From: Lama guanicoe
Taxonomy: Eukaryota
Assembly: GCA_013239625.1 (NCBI GenBank)
Contig: MU054220.1
Span: 5,220,903 to 5,284,586, forward strand
Length of the DNA stretch: 63,684 nt
Reading direction: 5' to 3'
The notes below the pieces were generated by a model. The model saw nothing but the letters and a program-made list of their open reading frames with translations. It was not told where the DNA came from and did not search any database. A program made the position numbers and the translations under genes. Shown here in pieces: positions 11,986 to 24,154 of the stretch; position 1 is the first letter of the stretch, and each line of letters begins with the position of its first letter.

Positions 11986-14169
11986 CAAACTTCTGATCAT
12001 GATGATGGGCTGTATCCCTATGCAGACCAGAATAGATTGTTTGATAAATCTGTGTTTAATTACCTGAAGAAGTGCTATGGAGATACAGGAAGGATTGTCC
12101 CCTGGAAGAGCCAGATGGTTCTCACAAGGTTGCCTGTAAATGAGGCATCTGGGAGGGGTGGTACCCCTTTCATCAGAGGGAGCAGCTGTGCCTCAACTTT
12201 ACATAGGCTTTTCACATGCTCTCATCTGGGCTTCTGGACTATTGGTGCAACTTCGCTGAGCAGCTGGTGTCCCGTTCACACTGTTTTTCCAGAGTTGGAA
12301 GGCTACTTCCTTGAAAACCCTGTCAGGAGAGAAAGCAGCAGGGAAGGGGTCCATTTCCTGGAGCACAACTGCTGCTGTGTCCAGCTGTGCCTGGGATGCT
12401 AGCACAACTGTTGGGCGCTCAAAGAATGCAGGGCCATATGCACCATCCTGCTGCTGAGTTCCTGCCTGAGAGTTCCGATCTACCTTGTGTGACAGTGATG
12501 TGGTCCTTGTCTACCTCCTTGCTTGCCAAGACCAGATGAAGGGAGCAAGCGTCCCTCAAACTTGAGGCAACAAAATAAAAGCCATAAAACAGACAGCTCT
12601 GAATGCTGCTCAGCTTCCTTCCCTTTTTGTGATTTTCTATGCTTGACGGCCCTCAGTGTTTGCTCTTTGATCCATTTAATCATTATTATCTTAAAAGTGA
12701 CTAAAGTTTATTCAACGCTTTTACCATATGCCATACTATGAGCTAATTAATTGCCTTGAAAAAGTATCACTTAGTCTTTATAATAGTGCTCTGATATAAG
12801 AAATATTATAATTTCTATTTACAGGTGAAAAACACCTATAGCTTGTAGATTTACTTCCCTAGGATCACATACTAGTAAGTTGTAGAGCTAGGCCATCTAG
12901 GTCCATCTGACCCCAGAGTCCAGTTTAAAAATCAGTGCATCATGCTGCTGCCCTGTACAGTGCTGAAGCATTGGCTGGATCACAATAATGGGCATTGTCT
13001 TTGACATCATCTCTCTGGTACAGATTTGAGATGCACAATAGCTGAGAGGTATACTGATACAGACATGTGGGCAGTAATTTTTGCTGCTAGGACTGTGCCA
13101 TATCTGTGACTTCCCCTTCATTAACAAGGTCCATGCATAGCTGAAGGACTCCAGAGGAAATGAAATCTGCTTAGAAACCAGAACTCCCCCAGAGGATATA
13201 AAAACAGGTCCAGCTCATTCTGGTCTCTTCCGTAGAGTTAGCTGGATTCTTAGCTTCACCAGTGTTTTCATCCCCTAGGCGATAAGCCCAATGGCTTACA
13301 GAAGCCTGTCTGGCAAAAATTTCTGGGAGACACCTGCTATTTTTGAATACCACCTTCCTTTGTTGGCAAGGTTCCTGAATTTAATTATGGAGCCCAGATT
13401 AGTGTAAGGCCATGTTCCATCTGCTACTGTACTTAATTCCTTCCCCCCTCAAGAGAAGATGCCATTTCCACATCCCTTTTCCAATTTCTGTTTGGAGTAG
13501 GGCTTGTCCAAGGGCTTAACTGCTGTCTGGTGGGTGCCTTTGGGCTGCTGTATCGATTCTGATATCTGCCCAAACTGGCTGCCATCAGCCTTGGGATCTG
13601 CTTTCTGCATTTTGTCAGAGCCGTAACCTGCACACACTCTTTTTTATGAAAAGTCCACACAGACTTGATTATAAGAAAGGTTGGGGTAGAGTGGCTTTTG
13701 AACATTGACATAACGCTGCCATTTCTCCTGATCAAAGACAACCAGAGATAAGCAACACATTCAAGAATCTACAAATTGGCATCATGTTTAGTACCCTTTA
13801 GCATTCCTGGAAGTCTGCTTGCACGGTGGCAGCTCATGCTTCAAAGCCTCAGTCTGTTCAGAAGGATGGCCTGCCTGAAGTGCATAGTCTGGGTTAGCCC
13901 AGCAGAGGTGTGGGCTGCTTACTGTGAGTGGGCAAAACAGGTGCATCTTATTCATGGACTTGAAAAGTTTCTGAAAAACTTTGCAATTTGGGTTTTGGAA
14001 AGTGGAACTGCCCCAGAGGCAAGAAAGGGCTTTTTTTTTTTTTTTTTTAATAGGATCCTTGCACTAATGATATCATCTAGCAAATATCTTTTTGTATAAA
14101 TGCAATATGTTGGACTTCTTAAAGTGGGATCCACCTGCAACAGGGAGACATGACTGCCTGTTTAGGTCC

Positions 14170-14594
14170 CCAGATGCTCCACTCCCCTCCCAAAGATGTC
14201 CATGTTGAACCCCTGGAACCTCTGGATGTTACCTTATTTGGAAAAAGTCTTTTTTCCAAATGTGATTAATTAAGGATTATGGGGTGAGGAGATCATCTTG
14301 GATTATCAGGTGGGCCCTCAAGGCCATCACAAGCATCCTTATAAGAGAAAAGTCAGAAGAAGAGGAGGAGGCAATGTGATCACAGAGGCAGAGACTGGAG
14401 TGATGTGGCCACAAGCCAAGGAAAGTTTCAAGCCACCAGAAGCTAGAAGAACGAACAGATTCTCTTCTAGAGCTTCCAGAGGGAATGTGGCCCTGAGGAC
14501 ACCTTGATTTCAGACTTCAGAGATAATACATTTCTATTGTTTTAAGCCAATTAGTTGTGGTCATTTGTTACAGCAGCCACAGGCAACTAATACA
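14170..14594 (+). mobile_element. MLT1B/C-type MaLR LTR
   Basis: 'cccaaagatgtccatg...gttaccttatttggaaaaag...cagaggcagagactggagtgatgtggccacaagccaaggaa...ttgttacagcagccacaggcaactaataca'. Confidence 0.85.
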
Positions 14595-16289
14595 CTGCCT
14601 TATCAGTGTCAAATAAATTCTTACTCATATTTCCCTCCTTTCAAGAGATTTTATGCCTTACTTGCCTGTGTTACAAATTCTTTGCTGTGTGCATGTGTAT
14701 TAATAGCTGCTGACTATAAGACATGCAACAGTTCTAAAAATTCTTCGAGCAAATCAATGAAAGTGAACAAGGTTTATGTACTCAGTTCACTCTTGGGGTT
14801 AAATACCTTGCTCTGGAGTCCACCGAGCCTTGAATTGGCAACCTAACATAGCAATTAAGAAGTAGCATCCTTCTCTCTTCTCTGAATGTGCCCTCATTGG
14901 ACTTTGTCCTCTTTAAAATGTACTGAAAGAAGTGAAACATCTTGGATTATTTAAGAAGAGGTTCTCAAATCAGAATGGCTAAGTATAAATCCTGTCTCCC
15001 TTTCTTATTAGCTGTGTGACTTTGAGCAAGTTACTTAACCTCTCTCTGCCTCACTTTCCTTATCTGTGGAATGGAATTAAGAACATCTATTTGATAGAGT
15101 TTTTGTGAATTTTAAACTACTTAGTTCACAAGATATACTTGTTCATCTAGTGGGAGGAGACCTTTAAACAATATGGTAAATCCTAAACAATGTAAAGTTA
15201 TTAGTATTTCTATTAGTGCTATGCCTGGTACTAGTAGGAGACAAATATATAGCAGGTAAGCTGTATTACAGGTGAGGAGATCCCACCCATGCCTATTATG
15301 ATGGTAGAATGAAAGTCAGTGTCATTGCCCTGAAACAGTATCCTCAAAGATGCCATATAATATTTATAATGCTTATTGGAAATGCACAATGTTTTGCCCA
15401 GAGATAGACTTGTGATCATTAGACTGATGTAAACAACTGTCCACTTGGGAGAGGTTTAATTACCAACTCCAGATGTTTGGAGAAGCTGGTTCCAGGACTC
15501 CAGCAACCTGGCTCCCCCCAAGCTGACTCGCACACTGGACACCTCACATCTCAGCAGTGAAAACAGATGCTCCAGACACCTCGAAATAAAGAGGAGATGG
15601 TTGGCAATCAAATATGCAGGCATTCCTAGGCCACATGGTGCTTTGCAGATTTTCTCCCTTTTCTCTGGTTTCTGGGAAGGCTCTATATGACTTTCCTTTA
15701 TGAACTGTTAAAGAAATTGCAACATTTTGGCATATTATTCTACATAGCCCCCTCTTTTGGTAACATACCCATTTTTCTTTCAAAAGAAGTAATTGTGATA
15801 AAAGCCAGTGAATCTTTCACTCAAGTGCTAGACATATCAAACGACTGTAGCATGGTATAGGTGTTCATTGCTCTATAAGGGATTGTTGGCAGGAGCAAAA
15901 TCTATGCTGTAGATTACAGATACAGTGCAGGTGCCACTCATCATATAAAATATGTTTATATGCACAACATTTGCTATGACAGAATTATATGCCACCTACC
16001 TCTACTCACTCTTTGGGTAATTGCACCTCCATGGCTTTAAAAACCATCTCTATGTTGACAGTTTTCAAATTTATTATCTCTAGCATCAACCTTTTTCTTG
16101 AATTTCCAACTCAATATTCAATTGCTTACAATGTTGTACATGGTCCATAACCTGTGCTTTCCACGGAGGACTCTGCTACAGCCCCGTCAACCTCTTAACA
16201 CATACACAAATACTCCTCCCATGTGGCTGTGTTCACTCAATTCCCATAGCTGCATGCCTCATTCACTCAGTTTCTTCATGTCTCTGCTA

Positions 16290-16705
16290 ACATGTCAATT
16301 TAAAAAAAGTATTTGCAGCTTTTATTGTAAAAGATTAATACCTCTTATTAGGTACTAGATTAAAAAGAGCTTCTAAAAATAGAGAAGAAAAATGTCAACA
16401 ATCCTACAGAAAAATAAGAGAAGGATATGGACAGAAAGGTTATAGGAAAAGAAAAGGATATGGCTTTTAACCACATACAAGATACTGGATTTCACCCATA
16501 ACAGTAAAAATGCAGACAAATACTATACAGAGAGAGATACCATTATTGACCACAAACTTTTTGGAGGAAAGCTGTGAGGTAGCAGGCACTTTCATTCACT
16601 GCTGTTGGGAATTTAGTATTAGACAAGCACTATGGAGGGGAATTTGTCAGTAGTTAGCAAATCACACATTACTTATCCTTTGACACAGAAATACCACTTT
16701 TAGGA
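16290..16705 (+). mobile_element. Ancient L1M fragment (ORF2 3' region)
   Basis: Degenerate ORF2-end motifs 'gcactttcattcactgctgttgggaat...cactatggagggga...tttgacacagaaataccacttttagga'. Confidence 0.6.
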
Positions 16706-17559
16706 AGGCACCAGGACCTGCTGAGGTGGTAGCTGAGGGTGAGGGGATTTAATGGAGAGTGAAGGAGGCAGAAGTTGAATATTTATCTTGGCCCCATCAT
16801 CAACTATAGCCCACACTAACCTCCTTCTTCTAAATTTCTCTTTGGGAAGAGAGGCTCATGGTGCAGCTGTCCCCATATCCTGAATGGAGAAATAGTTCTG
16901 TTGGGTACAAGGAGTGAACTCTTGTTCCTCAATTTTTATTTTTCTTAGTATTTATCACCTCCTATCATATTATGTCACTATTTATCTATTTGCTTCTCTC
17001 CTACTTGAATGTAAGCTTTGTGAGAGCAGGATTCCTCCTCCCCACCCTGCCTCCAGCCTCATTGCTTGTATCAACACTGCTGAGACAATGTCTGGCTCAT
17101 AGTAGAGGTCAGTAGTGTTTTTACTGGAAGAATTTTTAAAAAATGAATGATTGAGAAAGTCTGATCCAGAGGTTTTATATTTTTTTTATCAGTCAGTCTG
17201 CATAGTGTAAGATATTTATAAGGCTTGATAAATATTTGCGGACTTAAATATTGTGTATATGATTTTTAACCATCTGGAGAAAATTTTAATGATAGTGGTA
17301 ATTTCATAAGTAAGAGATGAATAGAGTTTCTTTATAAAAATGAATACCTTGGCAGATAAAGCAAGGATTGTTTTTGTCCACTGCCCTAAATTCCTTCCCA
17401 AATATCCTTCTTTTACTATGTGTCATTCTAGACCCATGTAGATGCAAACAACATGTCTATCTGTATCTCTGTATCATTGCGATCAATAATAATCTGTGCA
17501 TTCTTACTAAATATATGCCTCTATTATAAATGCATGTGTGTGTGTGTGATGAATGGTAT

Positions 17560-18370
17560 TAGTGCATGTTCTGTAACTTTAATTTTTTATTCAGAATGTA
17601 TCTTGGTGCTGGTTCTATGTCACTCCATATGGATGTTCATTATTTTTGAAAATTATTGCATATAGTTCCATAATTTGGATATGGTATACCTTAATTAACC
17701 ATCTTCTTACTTACAAATAATTAGATAGTTTCTAATATTTTATGTTACTGCAATGCTATAATAAATGTTTTTATATATACCTTCTTTTGAAATGGATATG
17801 AGCATTTAAAATTTTAATCAGTACTGCTAAATTGCTCTCCAAAGTGGCTGTATACATTTTGTGTGATGGTACCCATTTCCCCACAGCCTCACTAATGCTT
17901 AATGTTACCACACTTTAATGCTTTTTGCCAATTTAATAGGTAAAAATGTATTTCATTGTAATTTCAATTTGCATTTCCACGATCACAAGTAAGATTAAAT
18001 CTCTTTCTTTTTATTAGCCATTCATAATTCCTCTTCTCTGATTTATCTGTTGTATTTTTGCCCATTTTTCTATTGTATTGTTTGTATTGTTGATTTCTAG
18101 GAGCCCTTGGCATAGCCTAGACATTACTCTCTCTGTTATGTATACTGTAAATATTTTCTCCCAGTTTATTTTATACCTTTAAACTATGATTATTTTGTAT
18201 TTTATCATGCAGACGTTTTAAATTTCAATCAATCTTTTCCTTTTTCTAAAGGCTTTTTTGCCTTAAGAAAGTTTTTCAACCTCAAGGACATAATATGTTC
18301 ACCCATTATTTCTTTTATTGTTATTATGGATTTGTTTTTTACATTTAGATCTTTAACCCACCTGAAGCCT
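17560..18370 (-). mobile_element. Ancient L1M fragment
   Basis: 'aattgctctccaaagtggctgta...cccatttccccacagcctcact...ttttgccaatttaatagg...ttgcatttcc...ttgcccattttttctattg'. Confidence 0.7.
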
Positions 18371-19402
18371 TTACCTAATTTCTGCATCTCATTCACCAAA
18401 TTTCATGGAGCTGTTCCTCACTGTTATTGCATATTGTACATATCTCCCTTTACACAATAAAGGCAGATTTCTGAGCAGATAGGCTCGTATTATTTGGGTA
18501 AATCGAGTAACTTTTAAAATGATGTACAAAGAGTGTATTGGTTCATTTTCTGTTGTGGCTATTTTATAAAGTGAGTACCCCAACCCCTGATTTCTTTTCA
18601 TAAATCCCTATCTGCACTTACTGCAGTTGGTTTCTTTTTAGTTAGGTCTGTCTGCAAGTCTGAGTGTTTTTAATAGATCTTTGCTGAGTTGACTTGAACA
18701 TGTTGTTTCAGGCAGCATTTAAATCATTGACTCTTTTGTATTTCACTTTTCCTACTTTCTTCTACCTACATCAAGTGTCTAATTAATTTAAAAAAAAGGG
18801 AAAAAGGCAGAAAGCAGGTTCTGCGAGGTGATAAAACACAGGCCTTGCCTTTCAGGGAGGCAAAATCATACACTGTAGGATTCCAGGATCGACCTGACAC
18901 CATTCCCATGTTCTAAATGCTGTGTCTGCCGATGCCTGGAGTTCCTTTAACAGAGGACAACATGTTGCACTGCCCAGCTGGAGGGGAGTTAAAGTGCACA
19001 TTATCCCGAGAGAGCCAGTTCATCGGATTGTGGTATTACTGCTTCTTTGCTGAAAATGGGTATGATTTGAATGTGGAAGAGAACAATGACAACCTGAGAG
19101 AGAGGAGACCTTGGCGAAGGGCCAAAGTCTTGGTTTCTTCATCTTTAAAATGGAGATAATTATAGAATCTACTTCATAGCGCAATTGTGAGGACTAAATA
19201 AGATAATGGTTGCCCAACACTTAGCACAGTGCTGGGACATAATTAACTATCAAATAGAAATTTGCTACTATCCTTTTTAAGAATAGTAGCAGATATCTTT
19301 GTGGTATATGTATGCTTGTCTCCATTTATGTAGTTCTAATGAGGCTGGCCCAGGTGGTGCACAAGTGATGTAGGCCTGGTCAACCAGAGTACTCCATTTC
19401 TT

Positions 19403-21570
19403 TTTTTTTTTTTTTTGATTTTTTTTTTATTGAGTGATAGTCATTTTACAATGTTGTGACAAATTCTAGTGTAGAGCACAATTTTTCATTTATACACAAA
19501 CATATATATATTCATTGTCACATTTTTTTTTCTGCTATGAGCTACCACAAGATATTGTATATATTTCCCTGTGCTATACAGTATAATCTTGTTTATCTAT
19601 TCTGCATTTTAAAATCCCAGTCTGTTCCTTCCCACCCCCTGCCCCCTTGGCAACCACAAGATTGTATTCTATATCTATGAGTCTGTTTCTGTTTTGTATT
19701 TTTGTTTTGTTTCTTTTTAGATTCCACATATTAGCAATCTCATATGGTATTTTTCTTTCTCTTTCTGGCTTACTTCACTGACATTCTCTAGGAACATCCA
19801 TGTTGCTGCAGACGGCATTATGGTGTCGGTTTTTATGGCTGAATAGTATTCCATTGTATAAATATACCACATCTTCTTTACTCAGTCATCTGTTGATGGA
19901 CATTTAGGCTGTTTCCATGTCTTAGCTATTGTAAATAGTGCTGCTATGAACATTGGGGTGCAGGTGTCATTTTGAAGTAGGGTTCCTTCTGGATATATGC
20001 CCAGGAGCAGGATTCCTGGGTCATATGGTAAGTCTATTCCTAGTCTTTTGAGGAGTCTCTATACTGTTTTCCACAGTGGCTTTCCTTGCTTCCGTCTCCC
20101 ACTCTTAATGATTTAGATGTCTTCTTTTACAATTTTGTGTTTATTCTTTTTGTAATTCATGGCAGTTATCTCCTTTCCAGTTATGAATTTCTCATTTTTG
20201 TAGCATCCTGCTTCTTTTCTATTTAGAGTAGACCTGTCAATATTTCTTTTAGCATGGATTTAGTGTTGCTAAACTCTTTTAGTTTTGCTTGTCTGTGAAG
20301 TTCTTTATCTCTCCTCTATTCTAAAGGATAGCCTTGATGGATAGAGCATCTTAGGCTGCATCTTTTTTTCATTCAGGACTTTGAATATGTCCTGCCACTC
20401 CCTTCTGGTCTGTAGTGTTTGTGTAGAGAAATCAGCTGAGAGCCTTATGGGGGTTCCCTTGTAACTCAATCTTTGTTTTTCTCTTGCTGCCTTTAGGATC
20501 ATTTCTTTATCCTTGACTCGGATCATTTCTTTATCCTTGACTCTGACCATCTTGATTATGATATGCCTTGGTGTGGGTCTGTTTGAGTTCTTCCTGTTTG
20601 GGACCCTCTGAGCCTCCTGTACTTGGATATCTGATTCCTGTAGGTTTGGGAAGTTTTCAGTCATGATTTCGTCAAATACCTTTTCAATGCCCTTTGTTCT
20701 TTCTTCCCCTTCTGGAACCCCTATTATGCATAGATTGGCATGTTTTATATTATCCCATAGGTCCCTTATATTGTTTTCATTGTATTTTATTTGTTTTTCT
20801 CTCAGCTCTTCTGATTGAGTGCTTTCTGTTGTCCTGTCTTCTAGGTCACTTGTTTGTTCCTCTGCATTATAAAACCTGCTTTGTACAGCCTTTAGGTCAG
20901 CTCTCATCTCAGCAAATGAGTTTACTAATTCTACTTGGTTCTTCTTTATAGCTTCTATTTCAGTTTTGACATATTTTGTATCTTTAAACACTATTTCTTT
21001 TAGTTCCTTCAGTACTTTGATCAGTCCTTTTTTGAAATCTTGATCTAGTAGGCCATCAATGTCTATTTCCTTGATCATGCTTTCAGGGGATTTCTCTTGA
21101 TCTTTTAATTGGGAGAGGTTCCTCTGCTTCTTCATATTGCTCATATCTCTCTGACACTGTGGCTTAAGGAGTATCAGCTATCTAGTTCTCCTGGAGACAG
21201 TGTGCTCTTAATGGTTTTATTGAGAGATCTTTGTGTCTTTGCTCTGTTTTGTGAACTCAGCTTGCTGTTTCCAGAGGCCCTCTGTTGGTGCCCTCATCTG
21301 TGCTGCTCCCAGTGGCTGTTGGCTGGCAGATCGTGCCCCCTCCCAACACTGTGTCAGGTGCTGAGCTCTTACCCAATGGGTGGGTGGGTGGGTCACTCCT
21401 CCTCCCAATGCCGCAGTCAGATGCTGCACTGAGGGAGGCAGGTGGGCGGACCCCCCCCCCCAGCACTGTGGTCAGGTGCTGCGTTCCTGCCAGGAAAGCG
21501 GGTTGCCACCCGCCCTCTCCTGGCGCCAGTTGCTCTGCTGCTCTGTGCAGCTGCCCGCTCTGCCTTGGGC
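19403..21570 (-). mobile_element. L1-derived element with 5'UTR, ORF1, ORF2 tail, 3'UTR and poly(A); ORF2 almost entirely missing (HAL1-like)
   Basis: Poly(T) at about 19403-19428, then L1 3'UTR and ORF2 C-terminus up to about 20080, fused to the inter-ORF spacer, ORF1 and a GC-rich 5'UTR. TSD agagtactccatttctt (19386-19402) / agaatactccatctctt (21571-21587). Inserted into an MLT1 LTR. Confidence 0.9.
20305..21144 (-). CDS. LINE-1 ORF1p (RNA-binding chaperone), C-terminally truncated by a frameshift; native stop at about 20223
   Basis: 279 aa with a coiled coil, RRM motifs (NLCIIGVPEGEE, ENFPNL, TPRHIIIK) and CTD motifs (ILKAAREK, IRLSADFS, RREW, YPSRLSF). The native tail (IKNFTDKQ..KEFSNTK..LKEILTGLL*) continues in shifted frames. 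Confidence 0.9.
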   Translation of the reverse strand: MSNMKKQRNLSQLKDQEKSPESMIKEIDIDGLLDQDFKKGLIKVLKELKEIVFKDTKYVKTEIEAIKKNQVELVNSFAEMRADLKAVQSRFYNAEEQTSDLEDRTTESTQSEELREKQIKYNENNIRDLWDNIKHANLCIIGVPEGEERTKGIEKVFDEIMTENFPNLQESDIQVQEAQRVPNRKNSNRPTPRHIIIKMVRVKDKEMIRVKDKEMILKAAREKQRLSYKGTPIRLSADFSTQTLQTRREWQDIFKVLNEKKMQPKMLYPSRLSFRIEER

Positions 21571-21587
21571 AGAATACTCCATCTCTT

Positions 21588-21925
21588 AGACACAGCGTTG
21601 GGTCAGGGACCCAAGTTAGTCTGACGAGCACCAGCTCTAAAACTTTCCCTGAAACTATTGGGAAGGAAGCACTGTCTTTGCCTGGTGTTGCTAATCTGGT
21701 AGAATGAAAGCCTGGAGCTTTTGCCTTGCCCTTGCTTAAGAAGAGCCTGCTTTGTAATAAACCAACACAGGAGGAAGCAGAGCTGAAAGACAGATTTCTG
21801 CTGGTACTGTGTGAGTCCTAGATCCAAGCATGCCTGAAGCAGGAAATCTTTGGGATTCTTTGTAACAGAAGACAGTACATTTCTTCTTTTGCTTAAGCCA
21901 ATCTGAGTTGAGTTTTTGTCATAGG
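21588..21925 (+). mobile_element. Old MLT1-type MaLR LTR, 3' part; its 5' part at about 19310-19400 is split off by the L1-derived insertion
   Basis: Typical MLT1 end 'ttcttcttttgcttaagccaatctgagttgagtttttgtca'. The sequence reads continuously across the TSD. Confidence 0.65.
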
Positions 21926-22703
21926 AAATGTTGAGGTAAATTGATTTGAAGAAAGCATGGATCTTTTCACTCACATCTGTATGCAAATTCCCTGCCAAGC
22001 GTTGCAGGTCTTCCATTTCAGCAAGGATGGCTGCTGTGTTTCTAGGGGGTTGGTTGGAAAAGACAGTGTTAAATGAAACTAGAATCTTGTGACTTTCTAA
22101 TATCTGCTTTTTACTTAGAACATAAGAATCCTATTTAGCAGGGAAATCACAAGTGTAAAAACAACAGTGATTTTCTTAAATCATAGTACTGTGTGATTTC
22201 CAATTAATTTACTGCCTACCCACCCACTGTCCATTAGGAAATGCTTTTTTTAACATATAGCACCTCAGGACTTCTTGAAGATGTTAGGGCTTAAAAGTAA
22301 TTCATGAGTAGAAGGATGAGGGGAAATCCTCCATACCAAAAAAAAAAAAAACCATCTTAATTTAAAGTACCCACATACAGTGAGTTAGCATAGGACATTG
22401 AGGTTGTATTAATACATGTCAGAAAGCAGGTGCCTTTAAACTAAAGGCTCAGAAGTTAGCTCCTTCTCAGACTCCTGTAGTACACCAGAGGAAGCCCAAA
22501 CTTTGAGAAAATACAAATTGAGGCCTTGATGTTGCTCCCAAGAACAAATTTTGGGTTAAGGGCAGCTAGTTCTAATGGCAAGAGCTGTTCTGGTCACAGA
22601 CCCCAAATACACTAGAACTCCATTTACTTCCCCTGGTCTTCATCCTTGTCCTTAAGGCTATGTAATGATTTCTGTATGTTAGATGTGTAGTGTTTTTCTA
22701 GGG

Positions 22704-22708
<5 letters not shown>

Positions 22709-22749
<41 letters not shown>
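22709..22749. repeat. (TG)n microsatellite
   Basis: About 20 perfect TG units. Confidence 0.95.
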
Positions 22750-22750
<1 letters not shown>

Positions 22751-23335
22751 TATATGTGTCTGTATGAATGCAGCTGAGAAAGAAATTTCCCTGATATCCC
22801 CTGTCTATCCCCTTAGATGGGTAAGAGGGTATTGCTCTCAGTTGCTCTCTCTATTGCTTAATGCTTTGTGTGTACCATATTATATTATAATTATCTTTGA
22901 TATTTACCAGATTTCAATTGCTTCTGAGCAAAATTTCCCTGGGACTGTGTCTTCCATGATTGTAGGCATTGCATCTGTTTTGTTAAACTGAGTCCCTAGA
23001 CCTTGTTTCAGCACCTGAACCAGAATAAGGTTTCAGTAAACATGAGAGAGATTGTGATGTTAGATTTCATCTGGGCCCTTCTGAGTTCTCCCCTGTATTA
23101 GAGGGTATAAGCCTGGAAACTGGACTTCCTTATCTGCAGGATTCTGGTTAGATTCCATTAATGAGTGGCCTTCATGTGAAGTTTGGCAGATGGAAGACAA
23201 AAGAAGCCACTATTCCTTTGGTGACATCTGTGGGCAGGTGTTTGGGCAGTGGAAATGACAGAGGCAATGAAATTTTGAGCATTCTCTTGAAAATCACCTA
23301 CTTTGGTGTCACAGGTAGCCAAGAATGCATGCAAG

Positions 23336-24154
23336 TGTTGCTGAAACATAGCCTCCATATCCCACTTACCAAATTGAGACTTGAGGACAGAGTTTTGAAT
23401 TAGAAAAGGCAGCTTTATTTCTTTGCCAGGCAAAGGAGGTCACAGTGGGCTAATGCTTCTAAGTATGTGAGCCTGCTGGGGAGAGATGGCAGGGGGTTTT
23501 ATAATAAAAGTTCAAGAATTCAAGGGGTGGAGCTAGTTTCCATAGAGATCATATATGGGGTAACAAATTATTGTAGAGTTTTTCTTGTTTATGCAGATGC
23601 AATGATCCCTTTCCTTCTGCTGGGTATGAAAATCACCTCCAGCTTTGGGACTCTCTTAATATTTTTGTACCTAGAACAAAGGATGCATAGGAAGGAGCTC
23701 CATGGAAAAGAGCTCTAGAGAAAAACTTGTGCAGTTTAAAGTCAGGTCGATAAGTACTTTTAGCCTTTTAAACAGTCCAAGGCCTGGGACCTCCTGCTTC
23801 AGGCTGAGGCCTGCACCTCGAACAACAGGATAAAAGGAAGCCACAAGGGGTCAAAAACAACTGCAGATGTGGACAGTTGGGCAAGTTATGAATAACAATA
23901 TGCACAAAACACCCAACTGCTATTTTTGAGGTGTCAGGGTCAAGAGATTAGGAGCAGGGCACTGAACGTGATTCCCCAGAGGCAGCACCACGAGGGAATT
24001 GGGCAGACTACCCAAGCCTCCCTCCTCTCCAGCCCAACCCTGATCAGCAAGAGCATGAGAAAAACCCTTTAAACCATCATACAGTTAAGCAGTTACAAAC
24101 ACCATTACAGATATCAGATGGTCACCGATGACAATAGGGTCCTGCTTGGTTACA
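23336..24154 (-). mobile_element. ERV1-class LTR (possibly composite) inserted into an older ERVL-type LTR
   Basis: TG at 23336. The minus-strand 3' end reads 'cctttgcctggcaaagaaataaagctg...cagcaaca' with AATAAA, and the minus-strand start reads TGTAACCAAGCAGGACCCTAT. TSD-like caag/cagg. Confidence 0.6.

Noticed and set aside
11930..12005. GTGATGA...CTGA as a C/D snoRNA
   Set aside because: It lies inside a MIR and has no terminal stem in register.
21109..22016. Cluster of overlapping ORFs (60-140 aa) on both strands, considered as an ORF0-like antisense ORF
   Set aside because: They lie in the GC-rich, stop-poor L1 5'UTR and the adjacent MLT1 LTR, mostly use non-ATG starts, and show no recognisable domain.
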